31,101 nucleotides of DNA from a virus. Its lineage: Duplodnaviria; Caudoviricetes. Below are positions 1-7,505 of this stretch, one piece after another (the first letter of the stretch is position 1; each line of letters starts with the position of its first letter). The position numbers and the translations under genes were made by a program. A model generated the notes under the pieces. The model saw only the letters and a program-made list of their open reading frames with translations, was not told where the DNA came from and searched no databases. Where the stretch lies: IMG/VR virus record IMGVR_UViG_3300044983_000269, positions 1-31,101 of that record; one strand, given 5' to 3'.

Positions 1-63
1 GGTCTTTGCACACGCGCTCACATTCCATTGATTTTTGGTTCACGATAGTTTTGGAGTATCGCC

Positions 64-552
64 ATGCCGCCCGGAGTCAAGCCGAAACCTCTTGCGCTGC
101 ACGTCATCGACGGCAGCCTGAAGAAGATGGGAAAGCCGCTTCGCGCGCGGCACGAAAACAGCCCGCAGCCCGTGCTCGGCCTTCGCCCACCCCCTGAATC
201 GTTCAGCGCCGATCACCTCGCGGTCTGGCAGCGGTTGATGGAGGACTGCGCCTATGGCCTGCTGGTGCGCAGCGATTACGACACGTTCGTCACCTACGTC
301 AATCTCGTCGTCGCGCGCGACAAGGCGCTAAAGCTCTACATCGAGACCGGCTGCCAGGTGCTCGTAAAGTCGAACGACTCGAACAACCGCATGTTGTCGA
401 ACCCGTTGATGCGCGAGCTGCGCCGGCTCAACGAACAGATGCGCCCCTTGCAGGTCGAGATGGGCCTGACCCCCATGTCGCGCTCGCGCATCCAGGTCGC
501 CAAGAAGCCTGAGGAGGAGGACGAGCTTGGGCGCTTCCTCAAGTCCTCGTGA
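64..552 (+). CDS. terS: Phage terminase small subunit, P27 family
   Basis: N-terminal 'PGVKPKPLALHVIDG', then 'SNPLM' and 'EMGLTPMSRSRI' motifs typical of P27-family TerS. GGAG SD upstream. Directly precedes TerL. Confidence 0.9.
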   Translation: MPPGVKPKPLALHVIDGSLKKMGKPLRARHENSPQPVLGLRPPPESFSADHLAVWQRLMEDCAYGLLVRSDYDTFVTYVNLVVARDKALKLYIETGCQVLVKSNDSNNRMLSNPLMRELRRLNEQMRPLQVEMGLTPMSRSRIQVAKKPEEEDELGRFLKSS

Positions 553-2251
553 GCCCAAGGCTCGCCGCTGGCGCGACCCGGTCAGCCGCTACGCGCAGAA
601 CGTCGTCTCGGGCCACGTCCTGGCCGGCCCCCATGTGCGCGCGGCCTGCGCGCGCCACCTCGACGACCGGCTCAACGCACGCGAGCGCGGCTGGACGTTC
701 GACGTAGCGCTGGCGCAGCGCGCGCTCGACTTCTTCCCCGAGGTGCTGCGCCTGAACGCCGGGGAGTTCGAGGGCAAGCCTTTTCACCTCTCGCCCTGGG
801 AGGTCTTCATCGTAGGTTCCCTCTTCGGCTGGCGCGACGACGAGGGCGCGCGCCGCTTCCGGGTGGCCTACATCGAGACAGGGAAGGGGAGCGGGAAGTC
901 CCCTCTAGCAGCAGGGTTAGGGCTTCTGATGATGATCGCCGATGGCGAGGCGCGCTCCGAGGTCTACGCGGCCGCCTCGAAGAAGGATCAAGCGATGATC
1001 CTGTTTCGCGACGCCGTGGCGATGGTGCAGCAGTCGCCCGCGCTGACGAAACGCATCCGCCTGATCGGGGGGGTCTCGCCCTGGAACATGGTCTTTCGCG
1101 ACAGCTTCTTCCGCCCAATCGCTGCCGACGACAAGCAGAGCGGCCCGCGCCCGCACTGCGGGCTCATCGACGAGATGCACGAGCACAAGGACGACACCGT
1201 CGTCGAGATGATGCGCGCCGGGTTCAAGGGCAGGCGCTCGCCGCTGATGTTCATGATCACGAACGCCGGGGTGGACCGGCAGAGCGTGTGCTGGCGCTAC
1301 CACGACCGCGCGATCAAGATCGCTGAGCGCACGCTCGAGGACGACCGCTTCTTCTCCTACGTCTGCGCGCTCGACCCCGGCGAGGACCCGCTGCACGACG
1401 AGCGCTGCTGGCCGAAGACGAACCCCAACCTCGGGGTCTCGATCCGAGAGGACTACCTGCGCGACCAGGTGCTCGAGGCGCGCCAGATGCCGGGCAAGGA
1501 GTCTGTGGTGCGGCGCCTGCACTTCTGCCAGTGGGTCGACGCCTCGACGCCCTGGATCTCGGGCGAGGCCTGGCGCGCCTGCGAGCGCAAGCCGCCGAGC
1601 CCGTTCACGAGCCGCTTCGCCGGGGCGCGCGTCACGCTGGCCGTCGACCTGTCGACCACCACCGACTTGACCGCGCTCGCGCTCGTCGTCGAACTCGAGG
1701 GGCGCCTGTTCGCCGCGGTGGAGTTCTTCACCCCCGCCGACACGATGCGCAGCCGGGGCGAGCGCGACGGCGTGGACTACGCGCTCTGGGCGCGCCAGGG
1801 GCATCTCTTCGCCATCGCCGGCTCGACGCTCGAGTACGGGCCTGTGGCCGCGCGCATCGCCGAACTCGCCGAGGTCTTCGACATCGCCGAGCTGGTCTTC
1901 GACCGCTACCGCATGAGCTACCTCAAGCGCGAACTCGAGGAGATCGGCCTCATGCTCTCGCTCACCGAGCACCCGCAGAGCTTCGTCAAGCCGAGGACGT
2001 CCGCGCTGTGGATGCCGCAGTCCATCAACGAACTCGAGGGCGCCATCATGCGCGGCGAGATCGAGATCGACTGGAATCCGTGCCTGACCTGGGCAGCGGC
2101 GAGCGCAGTGTGCGAGACCGACCTGCACCAGTCGCGCATCTTCTCCAAGCGCAAGGCGACCGGCCGCATCGACGGGCTCGTCGCGCTCACGATGGCCGTG
2201 GGGGCGCGCCGCGCGCCGAGTCTTGTCAACGTGGGCGCAATGATCGCTTGA
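527..2251 (+). CDS. terL: Phage terminase large subunit
   Basis: Walker A GKGSGKS, Walker B LIDEMHEH, 'ITNAG' coupling motif, nuclease motifs 'AVDLSTTTDLTA' and 'RIDGLVALTMA'. TTG start 6 nt after a GAGGAGGAGG SD. Confidence 0.96.
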   Translation: MGASSSPREPKARRWRDPVSRYAQNVVSGHVLAGPHVRAACARHLDDRLNARERGWTFDVALAQRALDFFPEVLRLNAGEFEGKPFHLSPWEVFIVGSLFGWRDDEGARRFRVAYIETGKGSGKSPLAAGLGLLMMIADGEARSEVYAAASKKDQAMILFRDAVAMVQQSPALTKRIRLIGGVSPWNMVFRDSFFRPIAADDKQSGPRPHCGLIDEMHEHKDDTVVEMMRAGFKGRRSPLMFMITNAGVDRQSVCWRYHDRAIKIAERTLEDDRFFSYVCALDPGEDPLHDERCWPKTNPNLGVSIREDYLRDQVLEARQMPGKESVVRRLHFCQWVDASTPWISGEAWRACERKPPSPFTSRFAGARVTLAVDLSTTTDLTALALVVELEGRLFAAVEFFTPADTMRSRGERDGVDYALWARQGHLFAIAGSTLEYGPVAARIAELAEVFDIAELVFDRYRMSYLKRELEEIGLMLSLTEHPQSFVKPRTSALWMPQSINELEGAIMRGEIEIDWNPCLTWAAASAVCETDLHQSRIFSKRKATGRIDGLVALTMAVGARRAPSLVNVGAMIA

Positions 2252-2268
2252 GGGCTCGTTCCTGGCGC

Positions 2269-2356
2269 GGCATACTCGGCGCACCCGGCACCTCTTCGCG
2301 CTGATCCCGCGAGGCGGGCCATGCTCCCCTCGGGCATGGCAGCCGGGTGCCATGCC
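2269..2356 (+). other. Predicted multi-stem (three-way junction) RNA structure between terL and the capsid gene
   Basis: GCACCCGGC (2281-2289) pairs with GCCGGGTGC (2342-2350) and encloses hairpins CTTCGCG/CGCGAGG and GCCATGCTC/GGGCATGGC. Confidence 0.5.
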
Positions 2357-2386
2357 CCGGTCCTATCCCACGCGCTCGTCCGGTGG

Positions 2387-2415
2387 TTGCGTTCTATCGA
2401 GCGCATGCCTACACT
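2387..2415 (+). promoter_or_regulatory. Putative sigma70-type promoter for the capsid operon
   Basis: TTGCGT (2387-2392), 17-nt spacer, TACACT (2410-2415). Confidence 0.55.
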
Positions 2416-2423
2416 GCTGTTCC

Positions 2424-2570
2424 ATGACGACCCGTGCTCGCCCCCCGCAGGGCGTGCGTCGGTCCGTGCCACAGCAGCAGCAAAACCCCGAGCGACGGTC
2501 CACCGGCTCGGCTCCCCAGCGACAGGCTCCCGCGCCCACGCTGCAGGATGCCGACCGTGGCCGGATCTGA
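2424..2570 (+). CDS. 48-aa upstream ORF (MTTRARPPQGVRR...DRGRI), possibly leaderless
   Basis: ATG lies 8 nt after the predicted -10 box. The ORF overlaps the start of the protease-capsid gene in another frame. Confidence 0.35.
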   Translation: MTTRARPPQGVRRSVPQQQQNPERRSTGSAPQRQAPAPTLQDADRGRI

Positions 2571-4662
2571 CGCCCCCGGCCTGGTCCGCGTTGAGAAACG
2601 CGGCGGCCTCCCCGTCGCGGCAACGAGCGCGCCTGGCGTGCTCGGCTCCTCCGACCAGATCCGATTCCGCATCAGCAACGAAGACCCCGACTACTTCGGC
2701 GACGAGGTGGTGCAGGCCGGGCTCGAGTTCCCCGCCGCGTTGCCTGCTGTGGCCGATCACGATCACCGCATCGAGTCGAGCCTGGGCGAGTGGGTGAACG
2801 TCGAGCGCGCAGGGCGCGAGACCTTCGCCACGCTGCGCCTGGTGCCCCGGGGCGAGTCGCGCCTCGCCGACCTCGTCCGCGCGCTGCACGCAGGGGGCTT
2901 CCCGCTCGCCAGCTCGATCAATTTCGACATCGCGCCCTCGGACATCGAGCCGGTCACCCGCGCCGGCCCGGACGGGCGCCAGCAGCGCGGCAAGCGCTAC
3001 CGGCGCGGCAAGGTGCGCGAAATCTCCGTGACCAACTTCCCTGCCAACCCGGCCGCCATCGCGGTCGCGCGTTCGCTCGGATTCAACGACGCTGAGGTAG
3101 CTGCGCTGTCGCGCCCTGAGCCTACCCCGGTGTCCATCGCTCGCGCCATTACGCCTGTTGGCGGCGCACCCCGCAGGACCACCACCGTGACTCTCGCTGA
3201 AATGATCGCTGCCGCCACGGCAGCCCACGAGGCCGCGCTCGCCACGCAGGCCACCGCCATCACCGCGCTGGAGACCGACTCCGGCGAGGCCAACATGACG
3301 GCCGTCTCGCGCGCGACGGGCGAGGCCGACGCGCTCTTCGCGCGCCTGACCACGCTGCGCAACGCGGAGACCGCTGCCACGCGCCGCGCTGCTGCCACGC
3401 CGGCACCCGCACCGGCGGCGCCGACGCCCGTCTCGCGCGCTGTCGCCAACGTCGCCAACCCCGACAACCGCAGCGCTGCCGTCAACACACGCCGCACCGA
3501 CACCAAGGACGTGCCGGTCGGCACGCGCCTGGCACAGCTCGTCATCGCGCGCTCGATCGCGCACGAGACCCGCCGCTCGCAGGACGTAGTCGCGCAAGAA
3601 CTCTTCGGCGCCGAGCACGAGCTGATCGCCATCGCGCGCACCGCTGTCGGCGTGGCCGACACCACGACTGCCGGCTGGGCCCAAGAATTGGTTCGACAAG
3701 AAACGCAAGGGCTCCTTCAAGTCGAGCTGCTCCCGATCTCGGCCTGGGCCGCGCTCGCCGCGCAGGGGATCACGATCCCCTTCAACGGCGCGGCCACGGT
3801 CGCCATCCCACAGATGGACATCGGCAAGCAGGTCGGCGGGGCCTGGGTCGGCGAGGGCGGCGCCATCCCGCTCGCCAAGGGCACCATGAGCGCCAAGCGG
3901 TTGAGCCGGTACAAGGTCGGGGGCATCGTCCCGCTTACCAAGGAACTCGAGCGCACCTCGAGCCCGGCTGCCGTCGAGGTCATGCGCACCTTCCTGCGCC
4001 AAGTCCTCTCGAACCTGCTGGACTCGTCCCTCATCGGCAACGGCCCCGAGGTGCCAGGCATCAAGCCGGCCGGCCTCCTGTTCGGCGTCACCCCGATCAC
4101 CGGGGCAGCCGGGGGCGGGCAGGCTGCCGTGCAGGCCGACCTGCAGGCGATCATGGCGGCCTTCAACGCCGCCAACGTGCGCGGGCGCTTCGTGCTGCTC
4201 ATGTCCGAGATGACCATCACGCGCCTGGGGATGATTACCAACGCGCTCGGGCAAGTCGTCTTTCCCGAAGCGAACGCCGGGCGCCTGGGGAACGCTGCGA
4301 TCATCGCGTCGCCGTTCCTGGCCGACGACGTGGTGATCGCCGTTTCGGTCTCGCACTTCGCGAGCGCCTTCGACCCGCTCGAGACCGACATCTCCGACTC
4401 GGCGACTGTCGTCCTCGCGAATGCCGACGTCACTGCGCCGACGCACGCGACCGGCGCGGGCGGCATCATCGGCACGGCCGAACAGGTGCCCCCGGACGGC
4501 GGCATCCCGGTCTCGGGCGCTGGCGCTGCAGCGGCTGCTGTAGGCGCGCAGGCGATTTCACTTTGGCAAACCTGGAGCTTGGGCGTTCGCATGGTCATCC
4601 CCTCGAGCTTCGGGCTGACCAAGGCCGGCGCGGTTCAGATCGTCCAGGGCATCACCTGGTAG
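2548..4662 (+). CDS. HK97-family prohead protease / major capsid protein fusion
   Basis: Protease motifs 'DHDH', 'ASSINF' and 'EISVTNFPANPAA', then an Ala-rich helical delta-like linker, then capsid motifs 'AWVGEGGAIP', 'KVGGIVPLTKEL', 'PAGLL' and 'SLWQT'. Start uncertain: the frame is open from 2434 and the first ATG is at 2548. Confidence 0.92.
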   Translation: MPTVAGSDAPGLVRVEKRGGLPVAATSAPGVLGSSDQIRFRISNEDPDYFGDEVVQAGLEFPAALPAVADHDHRIESSLGEWVNVERAGRETFATLRLVPRGESRLADLVRALHAGGFPLASSINFDIAPSDIEPVTRAGPDGRQQRGKRYRRGKVREISVTNFPANPAAIAVARSLGFNDAEVAALSRPEPTPVSIARAITPVGGAPRRTTTVTLAEMIAAATAAHEAALATQATAITALETDSGEANMTAVSRATGEADALFARLTTLRNAETAATRRAAATPAPAPAAPTPVSRAVANVANPDNRSAAVNTRRTDTKDVPVGTRLAQLVIARSIAHETRRSQDVVAQELFGAEHELIAIARTAVGVADTTTAGWAQELVRQETQGLLQVELLPISAWAALAAQGITIPFNGAATVAIPQMDIGKQVGGAWVGEGGAIPLAKGTMSAKRLSRYKVGGIVPLTKELERTSSPAAVEVMRTFLRQVLSNLLDSSLIGNGPEVPGIKPAGLLFGVTPITGAAGGGQAAVQADLQAIMAAFNAANVRGRFVLLMSEMTITRLGMITNALGQVVFPEANAGRLGNAAIIASPFLADDVVIAVSVSHFASAFDPLETDISDSATVVLANADVTAPTHATGAGGIIGTAEQVPPDGGIPVSGAGAAAAAVGAQAISLWQTWSLGVRMVIPSSFGLTKAGAVQIVQGITW

Positions 4663-4666
4663 CGCC

Positions 4667-4819
4667 ATGGTCGTCACGTTCGCCCTCGTGCTCTTCGTCG
4701 CGGCGCTCGTGCTGCTGATCCTCGCAGCCTTCGGCGTCGCGCACCCGCGCGTGCAGCTCGTGCCGCTCGCGCTCGCCCTGGCGCTCCTGGCCTACTTGCT
4801 GCGCCTGTTCCCGCCTTGA
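4667..4819 (+). CDS. 50-aa small membrane protein with two hydrophobic helices (not in the ORF track)
   Basis: MVVTFALVLFVAALVLLILAAFGVAHPRVQLVPLALALALLAYLLRLFPP. It starts 4 nt after the capsid stop and ends before a terminator. Confidence 0.75.
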   Translation: MVVTFALVLFVAALVLLILAAFGVAHPRVQLVPLALALALLAYLLRLFPP

Positions 4820-4848
4820 AACCGTTTGCCGCGTTGCCATAGCGAGCC

Positions 4849-4880
4849 GCCCCGGCGCCCTCCGACGCCGGGGTCTTTTT
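4849..4880 (+). terminator. Rho-independent terminator after the capsid and membrane-protein genes
   Basis: CCCCGGCG, 8-nt loop, CGCCGGGG, followed by TCTTTTT. Confidence 0.8.
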
Positions 4881-4899
4881 CCAAGAGAGGAGCACGACG

Positions 4900-5556
4900 A
4901 TGGGCCAGACGCTCTACATCACGGACCCGGTCGTCGCCGCGGCCTACTTCGTCCACCCGGCCGAGTTCGTCTGGATCACCAGCGAGGCCGAAGCGCTCTG
5001 GCTTCTCGCGAGCCATCACGCCTACTCGCTCAACCACAGTGCAGCGTTGCCGCAGGCCTACTACGTCCACCCTGACGCGCCGCCTTTCGTGCCGTTGCCC
5101 GATCCGACGCCGCCCGGCACGCAGCCCGCCGAGATCACGGTGACCCCGACCTGGGTCTCCCCGACGGTCTGGGACGTGGTCTTCGGCGGCGTGCCCGACA
5201 CCGCCCACGCCACCGGCGCGTTCATCGTCGTCAACGACGCCGGCGCCGTGGTCGTCAACGGCAGCTGGTCGCAAGCGCCGGGCACCACGGTCAACCAGGC
5301 CGTGAGCCTGTTCATAAGCGCCTGTGCGCCGTTCAGCGCCGTCATCACCACGCAGAAGTTCGGCAACCGCGTCGAGCTGCGCGGCGTGGGCGGCACGGTC
5401 ATCAAGGCCGTGCGCGCCGTCCTGAACGTCCCGAAGGCCGCCGCTGATGAGGCTGCCGCGCCGCCGCCCGAGCTGCCTGCCGCGCAGACCTCGACCGTCG
5501 AGGCGAGCTCCGAGGACAGCGCGCCGCAGCACAACGCCGAGGGCGCGGCACCATGA
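4900..5556 (+). CDS. Hypothetical protein, possibly a virion accessory/decoration protein
   Basis: Strong AGAGGAG SD, host-like codon usage, beta-rich middle, Ala/Pro/Glu-rich tail, located in the head cluster. Confidence 0.75.
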   Translation: MGQTLYITDPVVAAAYFVHPAEFVWITSEAEALWLLASHHAYSLNHSAALPQAYYVHPDAPPFVPLPDPTPPGTQPAEITVTPTWVSPTVWDVVFGGVPDTAHATGAFIVVNDAGAVVVNGSWSQAPGTTVNQAVSLFISACAPFSAVITTQKFGNRVELRGVGGTVIKAVRAVLNVPKAAADEAAAPPPELPAAQTSTVEASSEDSAPQHNAEGAAP

Positions 5557-5837
5557 CCACCACCATCGTCTTCGCCTTCGAGCCTGTGCCTGAGCTGGAG
5601 GGCCGCAGCGGGGTCTGCGTCGTCGATCACGTGCTGGCCGAGCAGCTTATCGCCGAGGGCCGCGCCGAGGACTTCGAGGCCCATCGCGGCGAATCGATGC
5701 GCTACGTCACCGGGAGCGCGGCGAACGTGGCTGCCGCTGCCCAGGCCGCAGCCCAACGCGACACACGCGGGCTGGTCTCGGTGCGCCGCGTCCTCCCGGC
5801 CAAGCCCGCGCGCAAGGCACCTCGGCTGGAGCGCTGA
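5553..5837 (+). CDS. Hypothetical protein
   Basis: ATGA overlap with the upstream gene. Fills the gap before the portal gene. Confidence 0.7.
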   Translation: MTTTIVFAFEPVPELEGRSGVCVVDHVLAEQLIAEGRAEDFEAHRGESMRYVTGSAANVAAAAQAAAQRDTRGLVSVRRVLPAKPARKAPRLER

Positions 5838-5843
5838 ACCGCC

Positions 5844-7505
5844 ATGGGCCGCATGCTCAACGTCGCGCGCTCCGTGCTCGGGGGCCTGGGGTTCGGCCTA
5901 CGCGGCAACGTGCAGCCGGCCATGGGGCCGCTGTTTACCGCCTTCGGCTTCGACCGCACGCTCGGCGGGGGGCTGCACGCCCTCGACCCGCTGGACGGTA
6001 CGGGTTGGCAGCGGAACCTCCAGACCGTGGGCGCCGGTGCGCTGCCCGTGGTGGAAGCCGTGTACACGCTCTACGCGAACGCCTTCGCGCAGCTGCGCCC
6101 GCACCACAAGCACATCAACCTCGAGACCGGGGAGGTCGTCGAGGTGACCACCTCGGCCGCTTCACGCTTGCTCATCCAGCCGAACTCCTACGAGAGCGGG
6201 GCGACGCTGTTCTCCCGCATCGCCTGCGATCTGCTGCAGGGCGAGGCGCTCGTCGTCGCGCTGCTCAACGACCGCCAGGAGCCGGCCTCGCTGCACTTGA
6301 TTCCACGTGGAACATGGTCGCCGCGCGTGGACCCGCAGACGCGCGAGGTCTTCTACTTCGCGAGCAATGACGAGGATCTGCTCTTCTCCCCGCAGGCGCA
6401 GGTCGCTGACGTCGAGGCCGGGCGCCTGTTCGTCGTGCCTTCCCGCAACGTGCTGCACTTCCGCTGGCGCACGCCCCGGCACCCGCTCTGCGGGGAGTCG
6501 CCCTTCGCAGCAGCCGGGCTCGCGGCCGGGGTCAACGTCGCCTTGTCGCGTACGCAGCTGCTTTTCGTCGAGAACATGCGCCGCGTCTCCACAGTGATTT
6601 CAACGGACGTCATCCTCAACCTGCAGCAAATGCGCGAGCTGCGCATGGCCTTTGACGAGCAGGCCGCCAAGTGGGAGACCGGGGGCATCCCGATCCTGTC
6701 GGGCGGCATGAAAATGTCGAGCGCGAACCTGAGCGCCATCGACGAGTCCGTCATCGCCTCGCTGCGCTTCTCCAACGAGGAGATCGCGCGCTGCGCCGGC
6801 GTCCCCCCGCCGATGTACGGCGACCTCTCGGCCGGCGCCATCGTCAACTCGGAGACCTTGGTGCGGCACTGGTTGAGCGTCTCGCTCGGCGGGCTGATCG
6901 AGCGCTTCGAGCGCGAGCTGGACCGGCTCTTCCGCTTCGACGGCCGGCACGACCTGATCGAGATGTCGACCGAGGCGCTGCTGCGCTCGGACATGGTCGC
7001 GCAGGCGCAGGCGCTCTCGACCCTGACCACGGGCGGGGTGCTGGCTGCCGACGAGGCGCGCGCCACGCTCGGCCGGGGGCCGCTGCCCGGGGGCGACCAG
7101 CTCATGGTGCAGCGCCAGATGGTGCCGCTCACGCTGGCCGCTGAACTCGCGCAGGCCGAACTCGACGCGCTCACCGCGCCGCCTCCTCCGCCTCCTCCGC
7201 CGCCTGAGCCGGCGCCTGAACCTGCCGCAGACCCGAACGCGCCCCCCGTGCCCGATCCAGCTGCCGCGCAGGTCGAGAGCTTGCAGCGCAACGTCACGGC
7301 GAGCTTCGGGGGCTTGCGCCAGACGCTCGAAGAGCTGCAGGCCGCGAGCGCGGACCGGATGACTGCGCTCGCGGCCATCACTACGCGCCTGAGCGAAGCC
7401 ATCGACGCGGCGACGCGGGCGCAGACCGCGCCACCCGTGGACCGCGCGCTCGCGGAAGCCGAGGCCCTTGCCACGATCCGGCGTGCCATGAGGCGGCAGT
7501 CATGA
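5844..7505 (+). CDS. Phage portal protein, HK97 family, with a Pro-rich and helical C-terminal extension
   Basis: 'LIQPNSY', 'VLHFRW...GESP', 'EIARCAGVPP', 'LLRSD', 'DEARATLGRGPLPGGD'. Confidence 0.93.
   Translation: MGRMLNVARSVLGGLGFGLRGNVQPAMGPLFTAFGFDRTLGGGLHALDPLDGTGWQRNLQTVGAGALPVVEAVYTLYANAFAQLRPHHKHINLETGEVVEVTTSAASRLLIQPNSYESGATLFSRIACDLLQGEALVVALLNDRQEPASLHLIPRGTWSPRVDPQTREVFYFASNDEDLLFSPQAQVADVEAGRLFVVPSRNVLHFRWRTPRHPLCGESPFAAAGLAAGVNVALSRTQLLFVENMRRVSTVISTDVILNLQQMRELRMAFDEQAAKWETGGIPILSGGMKMSSANLSAIDESVIASLRFSNEEIARCAGVPPPMYGDLSAGAIVNSETLVRHWLSVSLGGLIERFERELDRLFRFDGRHDLIEMSTEALLRSDMVAQAQALSTLTTGGVLAADEARATLGRGPLPGGDQLMVQRQMVPLTLAAELAQAELDALTAPPPPPPPPPEPAPEPAADPNAPPVPDPAAAQVESLQRNVTASFGGLRQTLEELQAASADRMTALAAITTRLSEAIDAATRAQTAPPVDRALAEAEALATIRRAMRRQS

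Noticed and set aside
2434-2547. ORF-track start of the capsid fusion at 2434
   Set aside because: No SD, and the translation is not protein-like. ATG 2548 or a frameshifted 2424 start is more plausible.
1918-4446. 842-aa minus-strand ORF and other long antisense ORFs (917-2353, 6353-7600, 13993-15582, 15643-17013, 26215-27276)
   Set aside because: They shadow well-supported genes, are Arg/Gly/Ala-rich without motifs, and are expected from stop-codon scarcity at high GC.
7176-7225. CCGCCTCCT-type short tandem repeats
   Set aside because: They simply encode the portal poly-Pro linker and are not a CRISPR array or a clear contingency locus.
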